From Polyangia bacterium (GTDB lineage: Bacteria; Myxococcota_A; Polyangia; JAAYKL01): 64,000 nucleotides of DNA. Where the stretch lies: positions 7,364-71,363 of the forward strand of contig JBNKCR010000129.1 of NCBI GenBank assembly GCA_050287845.1. Reading direction: 5' to 3'. The stretch's first letter is position 1; the number at the start of each line of letters is the position of its first letter. Below the pieces are notes generated by a model. The model ran no database searches. It was given only the letters and a program-made list of their open reading frames with translations, and was not told where the DNA came from. Shown piece by piece: positions 20,125 through 29,378 of this stretch. A program made the translations under genes and the position numbers.

Positions 20125-20798
20125 ACTGGATGAAAACGGCCTGGTGTATTTTTTTGAAGGATTTGCGTATCGAGCGAAAAACCGGGCAGATTGTACCCAC
20201 TACGTTTGTGTTTGCACTGCTGGTGGTGGTGCTGTGCGCGTTTGCGTTTGATTTGAATAAAAACACGGTGTCCAATGCCGGTGCCGGGGCGTTGTGGCTG
20301 GCCATTTGCTTTTCGGGCGTTCTGGCGGTGGGCCGAAGTTACCTCAAGGAAAGAGAAATGGGCGTATGGTCCGGGCTGCTCCTGTCGCCCGCTTCGAAGA
20401 CCGGTTTCTATCTGGGAAAACTACTGGGGCTCATGGTGTTCCTGTTGTTGGTTTCCGTATTGCTTCTGCCACTGGTGCAGCTCTTTTTTCATGTGTCCGT
20501 TTTTTCCAATCTACACCGCATCGCGCCCATTCTGCTGCTTGGTATTCTCGGATTCTGCGCTGCTGGCGCGCTGTTTGGTGCCATGATTGTGAGAACGTCC
20601 GTTCGGGATCTGGTATTGGGAGTGGTCCTTCTGCCACTGATATCGCCCGTGCTGATTCTGTGTTCCAAAGCTACCCAGCTGGCCGTTTCCGGTGCAGCGT
20701 TTTCGGCGATACTGGAGTATTTGCGACTGGTGGTAGTGGCGGACGTGCTTTTCCTTGCAACTGGCATATGGTTGTTTGAGTTTTTGATGGAGGACTGA
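20121..20798 (+). CDS. ccmB: heme exporter membrane protein CcmB
   Basis: 225 aa, six hydrophobic helices; ATGA start/stop overlap with ccmA. Confidence 0.8.
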   Translation: MNWMKTAWCIFLKDLRIERKTGQIVPTTFVFALLVVVLCAFAFDLNKNTVSNAGAGALWLAICFSGVLAVGRSYLKEREMGVWSGLLLSPASKTGFYLGKLLGLMVFLLLVSVLLLPLVQLFFHVSVFSNLHRIAPILLLGILGFCAAGALFGAMIVRTSVRDLVLGVVLLPLISPVLILCSKATQLAVSGAAFSAILEYLRLVVVADVLFLATGIWLFEFLMED

Positions 20799-21025
20799 AC
20801 TGCAAATACGGATGCATCTGCAGTACCGGTATCCGGAAATTAATCGCGAGTTTCACGTTCCTTTTCTTCGCCTGCCCAATTCAGTTTTATTATCCAAATG
20901 CTTTAATTTTACTGGAATGTTGAAAAGATTGGTTAAAAATGTGCATGACTTCTTGACCAGTGTTAGATTGGAGCTAAACAAACTTCGTTCAAATCATAAA
21001 TTGTATAGCAAGACGGAGGAGTGTC

Positions 21026-21376
21026 ATGTCGACTACGACTAAAAAGAAATCAGCACCTGCAAACAAAACCACCAGGAAGGCCAGCGCCCCGAAAGCAACC
21101 GCGAAGTCTGCCGCACCCAAAAAGCAGAGTACTTCGAAAACGGCGGCCCCCAAAACGGAGGCCCCTAAAAAAGCTGCGGCAAAGAAACCGTCTTCGGGGA
21201 ATGGCACATCCAGAGCAAAGGCGCAGTCCCGATTGCGTCAGCAGAGCGACAACATTGTCACCCATGAGATGATAGCAAATAAGGCGTACGACATCTGGGC
21301 TCAGAATGGCTATCCCCATGGCATGGATATGCAGAACTGGCTCCAGGCAGAGCGGGAACTGCGCGTTCACAACTGA
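21026..21376 (+). CDS. DUF2934-domain protein with Lys/Ala/Pro-rich N-terminal tail
   Basis: 116 aa; C-terminal motif IANKAYDIWAQNGYPHGMDMQNWLQAEREL matches the DUF2934 signature; N-terminal 70 aa is a histone-H1-like basic low-complexity tract. Confidence 0.65.
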   Translation: MSTTTKKKSAPANKTTRKASAPKATAKSAAPKKQSTSKTAAPKTEAPKKAAAKKPSSGNGTSRAKAQSRLRQQSDNIVTHEMIANKAYDIWAQNGYPHGMDMQNWLQAERELRVHN

Positions 21377-21594
21377 GTCGGGTTTCAGTTCACGCGTCAT
21401 AATGAGAATTATCATTCCAAAAAATATGTTTGCGAGACGCGGTAGACTGCGCGTGGCTCATGGTCTCGGGAAATAGTGTGTAAACGCCGCTTCGTTTGGA
21501 TGGGGGGAGGTGCAATGTGGTGGTCTGTGCCGGACCGGGGAAGGCATGGTTCAGGAATGGCCTTGCCGATTCATCAACGGTATATTGACCCGGC

Positions 21595-22917
21595 CTAATC
21601 CCAATTGGCCGACTTCGTATCCCATGCGGGATCAGAACAATAGGGGCAACTGTCGCCTACCAGCATTCCTTTTCCGGCGTCGCTTTCATCCCCTTTGAGG
21701 GTCCATTTGAGCCATGCCAGAATAATTTTCGTGAAATCGCCGCTCCCGCCCTGGCCCAGGTCGCCACCGTGTCCGATGTCCTTGCTGAAATACATAATCG
21801 GATTTTCAAGCTTGCTGATGGCATCGTAGTCGCGAAGTCCATTTTCGTAGGCCATATCACTGGGGCCGCCCTGCACAAACAGCACTGGCGTGTGAACGGT
21901 CTGATAAAAGGCATTGTCGGCCGCGAACATGCCGCTGCTGGTCAGCCCCCAGTTTGTCATCCGGGGATCACCTGCGGTGCCTTCGGCCATTAATCCACCG
22001 CAGGAGAAACCGTTGGCTGAGATTTTTGTGGGGTCAAGCTTGTGATAGTAGGGACTGCAGGGTTTGTGATTCTGCTCAATCGCCCAATCAATATATCTGA
22101 TTAGCGGTGCGCCCATTGCAGTCATGTCTCCGGTATCCATGCTGCGATTGCTGGCGTCGCCAGGGGTGCCATCCGCTACAACGAAAAATCCGTAGGAGGC
22201 AATTTCACCCATTGCTGCGGAGTTGGACCCGCCGTTTCGGGAACAAGCACCCTCACCCCATACAAATATGGGGAACCGTTCCTGGGCGTCCAGGTCGGCG
22301 GGACGGTAAATGGTGCCCTCGTTGATGCCGGAATCCGGATTTGTCTCTACCACCACATCATATGGACCGCTTCCGCTGGCGTTTATGCTGCTGACTTTCT
22401 GTGAATCTGTGCAGCTTCCATCAATATCCGGGCCGTCCACGTCACCGTCCGAATCTGTATCGGTGTCGGTGTCTGTATCGGTGTCGGTGTCGGTGTCTGT
22501 GTCTGTGTCGGTATCTGTATCGGTATCAGACTCCGGAATGGTCGCGCCTTCGCAACAGCGCAGCTCTCCTTCGCAGACGCCATTTCTTGCGGTGCCGTCC
22601 CACGAAACGCAGTGGGCCAGACATTCGTATGCGCAGATATCATCTGCATCGGAGTCCGTGTCTGTGTCTGTGTCGGAATCCGTGTCGGTGTCAGTGTCCG
22701 AATCTGTGTCGGTATCGGTATCCGAATCGGTATCAGTATCGGTATCCGAATCTGTGTCGGTATCGGTATCGGTATCCGAATCGGCGTCGCTGTCCGAATC
22801 AGAGTCGTCGGACGAGGAATCGTCTCCGGTGGTGTCCACTCCGCATGTCGGAAATGCGGTACATGCGAAAATCAGCAAAAATGCATACAGTACCATTTTT
22901 ATATTTTTTAACTTCAT
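21595..22917 (-). CDS. secreted alpha/beta-hydrolase esterase with Asp-Thr/Asp-Ser repeat linker
   Basis: Start chosen at MKLKNIKMVLYAFLLIFAC (signal peptide; ORF opens at 22977). Two acidic repeat tracts separated by a six-Cys segment, then a catalytic domain with nucleophile elbow GFSCGG. Confidence 0.75.
   Translation of the reverse strand: MKLKNIKMVLYAFLLIFACTAFPTCGVDTTGDDSSSDDSDSDSDADSDTDTDTDTDSDTDTDTDSDTDTDTDSDTDTDTDSDTDTDTDSDADDICAYECLAHCVSWDGTARNGVCEGELRCCEGATIPESDTDTDTDTDTDTDTDTDTDTDTDTDSDGDVDGPDIDGSCTDSQKVSSINASGSGPYDVVVETNPDSGINEGTIYRPADLDAQERFPIFVWGEGACSRNGGSNSAAMGEIASYGFFVVADGTPGDASNRSMDTGDMTAMGAPLIRYIDWAIEQNHKPCSPYYHKLDPTKISANGFSCGGLMAEGTAGDPRMTNWGLTSSGMFAADNAFYQTVHTPVLFVQGGPSDMAYENGLRDYDAISKLENPIMYFSKDIGHGGDLGQGGSGDFTKIILAWLKWTLKGDESDAGKGMLVGDSCPYCSDPAWDTKSANWD
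22425..22821 (-). repeat. coding hexanucleotide microsatellite (GAY-ACN/AGY)n encoding (D-T/D-S)n
   Basis: Runs of gtatcggtgtcggtgtctgt-type units on the plus strand (about 22440-22520 and 22640-22800), inside esterase codons 53-185. Confidence 0.8.
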
Positions 22918-23317
22918 TATATTGGTTCCTTTCAATTTGTTTTCAGGTCCCGGTTCCATTCGGGGCGAATACTCCATAAAAAATCACAGAATTTTCAGAG
23001 TTCCAGTATCCCGACAGCAAGTGAACAGCGCAGGAATAGTGACATTATTTATGCAAAATGCTGTTTTTCGGAAACGCGACGACTGCGTCGAAAAACATTC
23101 CACGCTGGTTGGTTTCAGTCTGATTGTCGCGTCGGATGCGGATTCGGAGCATATTGACTCCATGCGGATTGTCTAATAAGGAACCCATGAGAAACTGGGC
23201 TTCTGAGCATCTTTTTTTGTAAAGACATCTCAGGGGAAAATGGTAGGATGCCGTTTTTCTGAAAATCAGAAAATCACAATGTATGAACATTCGCAAACTG
23301 GAACATAGGCAACCTGC

Positions 23318-25612
23318 GTGAGTGACGATTCGAAAATTAATGAAGTGATAGCAGAGGAGCAGGCGCTCCTCTCAAAAGTAGTAGTTCATCTGACAACCTC
23401 CTCCAGAAAATCCAGTGTTTACGCCGATTATGATGCGGAATTAATCGAACTTCGGGATGCCCTGGCCGAAGCATTGCCTGAAGATGTACCGTCTCTTGTC
23501 GAGCAGATGACGCGTCTGCAGGCCATTGCGGCACAGCGGGGTCAGGGAGAAGATGTACCGGTGGATCCGGCAAGTCCGTATTTCGGCCACATGCAATTAG
23601 AAGAGGATGGCGAAATTCGGGATGTTCTCCTTGGCAAGCGTACCTACATTTCACCGGGGGATGGCATCCGTATCGTGGATTGGCGAAACGCGCCCGTGAG
23701 CCGTATGTATTACTGCTACGACGAGGGCGATGATTATGAAGAGAGTTTTGGCGGCAAGGTGCGCAGCGGCACTATTTCCACTCGCCGATCGATTACCATC
23801 ACCCGGGGCCAGTTGAGGCGCGTGGATTGTCCCCTGGGGACGTTGGTGAAAAAGGGGGAAGAGTGGATTCGGCTGCGAGAGGCCGGTGCAAAACTTTCAG
23901 GGGGACAGGGCAGTGCCATTCGGGGAACGCGGACGGGGAAATTGGGAGTGGATGCCTATGGCGACTTCAGACAGGACAAGCATTTGCCTGAGATTTCGGC
24001 CCTGCTCGACAAGGATCAGTTTGCACTGATTTCAAGTGATGAGGATGAGCTGCTTGCGGTTCAGGGAAGTGCGGGTTCCGGAAAAACCACAGTGGGACTT
24101 CATCGCATTGCGTATCTGGCATACAGCAGAACAGCTAAAGTGAAGCCATCGAATACTGTCATCATCGTATTGAACAGCGCGCTGGCATCGTACATTGCGG
24201 ATGTGTTGCCGTCTCTTGGGGTTCGCGGGGTCAAGGTCTGGACGTTTGAAAACTGGTGCTCGCGTCTGAGAAAACGGCACATCCCCGGTCTGCCGTCTTT
24301 ATACAGCGAATGGACGCCATCCATTGTGTCCCGTGTGAAAAAGCACCCGGCGTTGCTTCGCATTCTGGATGACTGGGTGGACATGCAGGACGAGACTCTG
24401 ACTGAGAAGATGCTGAAAACGGTCAGCGGTTACAATGATGCTGCCAGGGTGGAAAAAGCATGGAAAACCATTCAACGTCTGCCCATTGAGATTCGGAGGA
24501 GACGGATGCTCAAGTGGCTCGATGGCGAAGCGCGGATTGGGAGAGATACCGGTGATGGTCTTGATATGAAAACCGCGATTGCCCTCGATTCAGCGCTGCA
24601 GCGGATGGGGGAGGTGACAGATGATGTGGTGAATGACTGGGCTGATCTGTTTACGGATAAACGCCAGTTGAAGCATATGTTCGAAACCCACGCCCCGGCG
24701 GAATTTACGGAGTCGGAGCTGGATCGTGTTCATCAATGGTGCACAGATGCATATAAAAAAATATTTGATCAGATGGACGATGATGGCGAAGAGACGATTG
24801 AGGAAGATGACCGCGCAACTATTGACAGGGAAGACGACGCCATTTTGCTCCGACTTTATCAGCTGAAAAAGGGTTGGCTGCGGGAAGGGGGAAAACGTAT
24901 CGAATATGACCACATGATGGTTGATGAAGTGCAGGACTTCAGTGCGCTTGAAGTGCGGGTGTTGATTGGCGCTGTAGGGCAGAACCGTCCGATAACCCTT
25001 GCCGGAGATACAGCGCAGAAAATTGTTCGGGAAGGCGGATTTGATAATTGGGAAGGTTTCATTGACGACCTCGATGTTCAGAATGCCAGACTGGAGCCGC
25101 TTAAGATTGCATATCGGTCCACCATTGAGGTGATGGAAGTGGCGAGAGCCGTGCTCGGACCCCTTGCGGGAGATGAATCGGTGGCCACCCGTCATGGCGC
25201 CCCGGTGGAGGTTCACCAATTTTCAGATCCGGGGCAGGCGGTAGATTTTCTGGGTACCTCGCTTCGGGAACTGTTTCTCAGGGAGCCTCTGGCCAATGTG
25301 GCGATTATTGCCCGGCACGTGAACCAGGCAAAACTGTACTATCAGGGATTGAAGAAGGCGGAAATTCCCAGATTGCGTCTGGTTGTGGAACAGGATTTCT
25401 CTTTTACCCCCGGTATCGAAGTCACTGAAATCCGGCAGGTAAAAGGGCTGGAATTCGATTATGTGGTGATGGTGGAGTGTAATGAGGATTCCTACCCGGT
25501 CACCGACGAAGCCCGGCATCTGTTGCACGTGGGAATGACCCGTGCGGCTCACCAGTTATGGCTGATAACTACCGCGAATCCGTCTCAGCTCATCCCGAAG
25601 AATCTTCTTTGA
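23318..25612 (+). CDS. HelD-like UvrD-family helicase (RNA-polymerase-associated helicase IV type)
   Basis: 764 aa; GTG start; N-terminal region with IVDWRNAPVSRMYY motif; Walker A GSAGSGKTTVGLHRIAYL; C-terminal helicase motifs (LLHVGMTRA). Confidence 0.75.
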   Translation: MSDDSKINEVIAEEQALLSKVVVHLTTSSRKSSVYADYDAELIELRDALAEALPEDVPSLVEQMTRLQAIAAQRGQGEDVPVDPASPYFGHMQLEEDGEIRDVLLGKRTYISPGDGIRIVDWRNAPVSRMYYCYDEGDDYEESFGGKVRSGTISTRRSITITRGQLRRVDCPLGTLVKKGEEWIRLREAGAKLSGGQGSAIRGTRTGKLGVDAYGDFRQDKHLPEISALLDKDQFALISSDEDELLAVQGSAGSGKTTVGLHRIAYLAYSRTAKVKPSNTVIIVLNSALASYIADVLPSLGVRGVKVWTFENWCSRLRKRHIPGLPSLYSEWTPSIVSRVKKHPALLRILDDWVDMQDETLTEKMLKTVSGYNDAARVEKAWKTIQRLPIEIRRRRMLKWLDGEARIGRDTGDGLDMKTAIALDSALQRMGEVTDDVVNDWADLFTDKRQLKHMFETHAPAEFTESELDRVHQWCTDAYKKIFDQMDDDGEETIEEDDRATIDREDDAILLRLYQLKKGWLREGGKRIEYDHMMVDEVQDFSALEVRVLIGAVGQNRPITLAGDTAQKIVREGGFDNWEGFIDDLDVQNARLEPLKIAYRSTIEVMEVARAVLGPLAGDESVATRHGAPVEVHQFSDPGQAVDFLGTSLRELFLREPLANVAIIARHVNQAKLYYQGLKKAEIPRLRLVVEQDFSFTPGIEVTEIRQVKGLEFDYVVMVECNEDSYPVTDEARHLLHVGMTRAAHQLWLITTANPSQLIPKNLL

Positions 25613-25805
25613 AACAATTTGTTGATTTTTTTTGAAACAGTTTGTTACACCGGTGGGCAGATGAGTTATATCCGTAACTGAAATGAATCACTGTGACGCT
25701 GGGGGTACGGTGTGATGGCAGCGGCTTCCTGATTTGGCGATGTATATGCACGCGAGATAACCGAATCGTCGCATGTATTGTGCACAGGGAAGGATAATAA
25801 CCGCC

Positions 25806-27194
25806 ATGCATATTCCTGAAGAACTTTTTGAACTGGTGTTTCAGAGCATCAGCGAAGGGGTTTTCACTGTCGATGAAAATTTTCGAATTACCGCATTCAA
25901 CAGCGCTGCGGAGAAAATTACCGGAATTCCGGCGGAAATGGCCGTGGGACGAAAATGTCACGAAGTGTTTCGGGCCAATATCTGTCAGAACCGCTGTGCC
26001 CTGAAACATACCCTTCAAACGGGAAATCCCCGGTCGGATGTGCGGGTGGATGTACTGGATGCCAATATGGACCCCATTCCCATTGAAGTGTCCACTGCCG
26101 TTCTTCGCGATACGGACGGACGGATGATAGGCGGCGTGGAAATCTTTCGGGATATCAGTGAAATTGAACTGCTGCGGGGCGAGCTGGGGCAGCGGCACGA
26201 GTTTTCCCGCATCATTGGTGCCAGCCCTGCCATTCAGTCTGTCCTGTCGGTGGTGCCACAGGTGGCGCAGTCTGATGCGGCCGTGCTCATCCAGGGGCAG
26301 AGCGGCACCGGGAAGGAACTGGTTGCCGGTGCCATCCACGAACTGTCACGCCGCCGTGACAAGGCGCTTGTCAGAGTCAATTGTGCGGCATTGCCGGATA
26401 CGCTTCTGGAATCAGAACTTTTCGGATATATGAAAGGCGCATTTACCGGGGCGGTGGCGGACAAACCGGGCCGGTTTGCGCAGGCCGATGGGGGGACGCT
26501 GTTTCTGGACGAAATTGGAGACATATCACCGGCGTTTCAGGTAAAGCTGCTCCGCGTGCTCGAAGAAGGGGAGTTTCAACCTCTGGGCAGCACGCGAACC
26601 ATCACCGTTGATGTGCGATTGATTTGCGCCACAAATCTGGATTTGGCGCAGATGGTCCGCGATGGTACTTTCCGGGAAGATCTGTATTACCGGATTCGGG
26701 TGGTACCGTTGCATATGCCTTCCCTGGCAGAGCGCCGACAGGACATCCCCATGCTCATCGACCATTTCGTGAAACTGATTTCGGCCAGAATGGGTAGACG
26801 GCCGCCAGGGTTCAGTCCCCGTACCATGCGACTTTTATATGAATATCATTATCCTGGAAATGTACGTGAACTGCGAAACATTCTGGAGCGCGTTCTGGTG
26901 CTCTGCAACCAGGACGTGGTGGAACCACCGTGTTTGCCCCCGGAAATATACATGCCCCGTCATTTCGAATCCGCTTCGGTTGTCCCTGGGGAAGAGGCGG
27001 AACCGGGTAGATTGGCCGCCAATAACGATTCCCTTCGGAGAAGTGTTTCGCCGCCTTACCTGGCCGGAGATGAAGCGGCGACCTTGAAGCAGGCGCTGGC
27101 AGCTGCTTCCTGGAATCGGAATCTGGCGGCAAAACGCCTTGGAATCAGTCGTACTACACTCTGGCGCCGTATGAGAAAATACGGCCTCGAATAA
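25806..27194 (+). CDS. sigma-54-dependent transcriptional activator with N-terminal PAS domain
   Basis: PAS-like N-terminus; AAA+ sigma-54 interaction domain with Walker [15 protein letters not shown] motif, arginine finger region; C-terminal Fis-type HTH ([24 protein letters not shown]). ORF opens at 25773. Confidence 0.85.
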   Translation: MHIPEELFELVFQSISEGVFTVDENFRITAFNSAAEKITGIPAEMAVGRKCHEVFRANICQNRCALKHTLQTGNPRSDVRVDVLDANMDPIPIEVSTAVLRDTDGRMIGGVEIFRDISEIELLRGELGQRHEFSRIIGASPAIQSVLSVVPQVAQSDAAVLIQGQSGTGKELVAGAIHELSRRRDKALVRVNCAALPDTLLESELFGYMKGAFTGAVADKPGRFAQADGGTLFLDEIGDISPAFQVKLLRVLEEGEFQPLGSTRTITVDVRLICATNLDLAQMVRDGTFREDLYYRIRVVPLHMPSLAERRQDIPMLIDHFVKLISARMGRRPPGFSPRTMRLLYEYHYPGNVRELRNILERVLVLCNQDVVEPPCLPPEIYMPRHFESASVVPGEEAEPGRLAANNDSLRRSVSPPYLAGDEAATLKQALAAASWNRNLAAKRLGISRTTLWRRMRKYGLE

Positions 27195-27282
27195 ATCTCC
27201 GTTCGAAGTGCAGATGTTATAGATGTTTTTTTGAACAGTCGTTTTGTTGATTTGCCCTTCCAGATAGGGCAACCATTTATGG

Positions 27283-27603
27283 ATGTCTTTTCGGGAAAAA
27301 TGGCGGCATGCATTTGCGCTGGAACCGGCTTTGCCGCCGGAGCCGGAGACACTGCCGGGTGTGCTGGAAAAATTTGCGGCACAGGTGGTGGAACGTCGGA
27401 TGGAGACACCGGCAATTCTGTTTCTGGAGATGGCGCGCCCCCTCAATTTCATTGGCAGCCAGTTGATATTTGCGGTCACTCCGGTAGCGGGGCTGTTTAA
27501 AACGGACCACGAGCTCAACGAAGTTGCCCGTGCGCTGGAACACCGGGGTGCCATTGAGAGAATGGTTCAGCGCATCGAGCAACTTTCCCTGGAACGGAAA
27601 TGA
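27283..27603 (+). CDS. hypothetical small protein (first gene of a three-gene operon)
   Basis: 106-aa ORF whose stop overlaps the start of the next gene (ATGA). Confidence 0.5.
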   Translation: MSFREKWRHAFALEPALPPEPETLPGVLEKFAAQVVERRMETPAILFLEMARPLNFIGSQLIFAVTPVAGLFKTDHELNEVARALEHRGAIERMVQRIEQLSLERK

Positions 27604-29378
27604 CTGACTTTGAAGGTGCCAATGAAGGTCGGGTCATCGTTATCACCGATTGCGGGTCCACTACCACCAAAGCCATTCTGATTGAGAAAACAAATGGCGT
27701 GTATCGGCAAGTCTGTCGCGGAGAATCTCCCACGACAGTGGAAGCACCGGTGGAAGACGTGACTGTAGGAGTAAAGCGCGCATTGACGGACTTGTCGGCA
27801 ATCAGTGGCAGACAGCTGATCGACGAAAAAAATGACATTATCCGACCGGCCCGGGGCAGGGTTGGATGCGACTGGTATATTTCCACATCGTCTGCCGGTG
27901 GTGGATTGCAGATGGCGGTTCTGGGACTGGTGAAAAACATCAGTGCATCGTCGGCGCTGAAAGCGGCCCTGGGGGCTGGTGCAATTGTGACCGAATGCAT
28001 CGCCAGTGATGATGAAAAGGATACCCTCGCTCAGGTGGAACGGCTGCGCAGGCTACGGCCGGATATGGTGCTGCTGGCCGGAGGCACCGATGGCGGGCAA
28101 ACGACAGGCGTGGTGGAATTGGCGGAACTGCTGGCCCTTGCGGAACCGCAACCCCGATTCGGGGACAGATTTCAGTTGCCGGTGGTGTATGCGGGAAATC
28201 GGGATGTCCGTGATGAGGTAGGTCGGATTCTATCGAAAACCGCAAAAGTGATTCATACAGACAATGTGCGTCCGACCATTGAAGCAGAGACACTGACATT
28301 TGCACGGGATCGCATTCATTCGCTTTTTCTGGAGCATGTGATGCAACAGGCGCCCGGCTTTTCAAAACTTCTCGCCCTGTGTGATACCGATGTGATGCCA
28401 ACACCGTCCGCGGTTGGAAAAATGCTGCAGCTTCTTGGCGAAAAGCAGGGCATCAATGCATTGTGCGTGGATATTGGCGGCGCGACCACCGACGTATTCT
28501 CTGTAATGAATGGCCAATTCAATCGGACGGTCAGCGCCAACCTGGGGATGAGTTACTCCGCTGCGTTTGTGCTGAAGGAATGTGGTCTCGAAAATATCAG
28601 TCGATGGTTGCCGGTTGAAATGGATGAGGGCGAATTGCTCAATCAGGTAATGAACAAGACCGTTCGCCCCACCACGATTCCCGATACGGAAGAAGCGCTG
28701 ATGGTGGAGCAGGCTCTGGCCCGGGAAGCATTGAGAATATCATTGGAACAGCACACGGCGTTTGCCCACGAATTGAAAGGTGCGGTGACAGAACGCAACA
28801 TTGATGGTGGATTTTCTTCGGGTCAGGTGGCGAAGTGGCGCATGGCCAATGTGAATCTGCTGATTGGTTCCGGCGGTGTGCTTTCCCATGCGCCCTGTGA
28901 AATGCAGACCGTGGCCATGCTGGTCGATGCCTTTTTGCCGGAGGGCGTAACAGTGATTGCCAGGGACTCGGTATTCATGATGCCCCACCTCGGGGTGTTG
29001 AGTGGCATGGATGAAAATGCCGCGCTGGAAGTGTTTTTCAACGATTGTGTTATTCCGCTGGTAACGTCCGTGGTGCCGAAGGGACGATGGAAAGCGGGAC
29101 AGTCAGTTGTATCCTATCGGTTTTCGTCTGAATCCGGTCAGCATTGGTCGGGGACGCTTCGCTGGGGCGAGCTCAAAATGTGCCGTGCGCCGGATGGCGG
29201 CATGTTGACCCTGACACCGGCGCGGCATGTGGATTCGGGATTCGGTCCGGGGAAACCGGGGACGATTTCAGTTAAGCCCTCGCGCCTGGGAATATTGTTT
29301 GATGGAAGATCCCGCCCTCTGGTCAACCGGGATGCCAACCTGTGGCAATCACTTTTTAAGGAGGGGCCCCATGAGTAA
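27600..29378 (+). CDS. ASKHA-fold ATPase, glutamate-mutase-L (GlmL/MutL)-like
   Basis: 592 aa; two nucleotide-binding-like motifs in the arrangement seen in GlmL: ITDCGSTTTKAIL near the N-terminus and VDIGGATTDVFSV mid-protein. Confidence 0.6.
   Translation: MTDFEGANEGRVIVITDCGSTTTKAILIEKTNGVYRQVCRGESPTTVEAPVEDVTVGVKRALTDLSAISGRQLIDEKNDIIRPARGRVGCDWYISTSSAGGGLQMAVLGLVKNISASSALKAALGAGAIVTECIASDDEKDTLAQVERLRRLRPDMVLLAGGTDGGQTTGVVELAELLALAEPQPRFGDRFQLPVVYAGNRDVRDEVGRILSKTAKVIHTDNVRPTIEAETLTFARDRIHSLFLEHVMQQAPGFSKLLALCDTDVMPTPSAVGKMLQLLGEKQGINALCVDIGGATTDVFSVMNGQFNRTVSANLGMSYSAAFVLKECGLENISRWLPVEMDEGELLNQVMNKTVRPTTIPDTEEALMVEQALAREALRISLEQHTAFAHELKGAVTERNIDGGFSSGQVAKWRMANVNLLIGSGGVLSHAPCEMQTVAMLVDAFLPEGVTVIARDSVFMMPHLGVLSGMDENAALEVFFNDCVIPLVTSVVPKGRWKAGQSVVSYRFSSESGQHWSGTLRWGELKMCRAPDGGMLTLTPARHVDSGFGPGKPGTISVKPSRLGILFDGRSRPLVNRDANLWQSLFKEGPHE

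Noticed and set aside
22425-22821. Possible CRISPR array suggested by short tandem repeats
   Set aside because: Units are 6-nt coding repeats without unique spacers, in frame within a protein; not CRISPR.
22310-23176. Forward-strand ORFs (288, 192 and 99 aa) full of SVSVSV or CRC repeats
   Set aside because: Repeat-driven open frames antisense to the esterase (DT)n microsatellite; no start context or domain.
25773-25805. Upstream start for the sigma-54 activator (MYCAQGRIITA)
   Set aside because: The conserved PAS N-terminus begins at MHIPEEL; the upstream Met adds 11 non-conserved residues. Not excluded.
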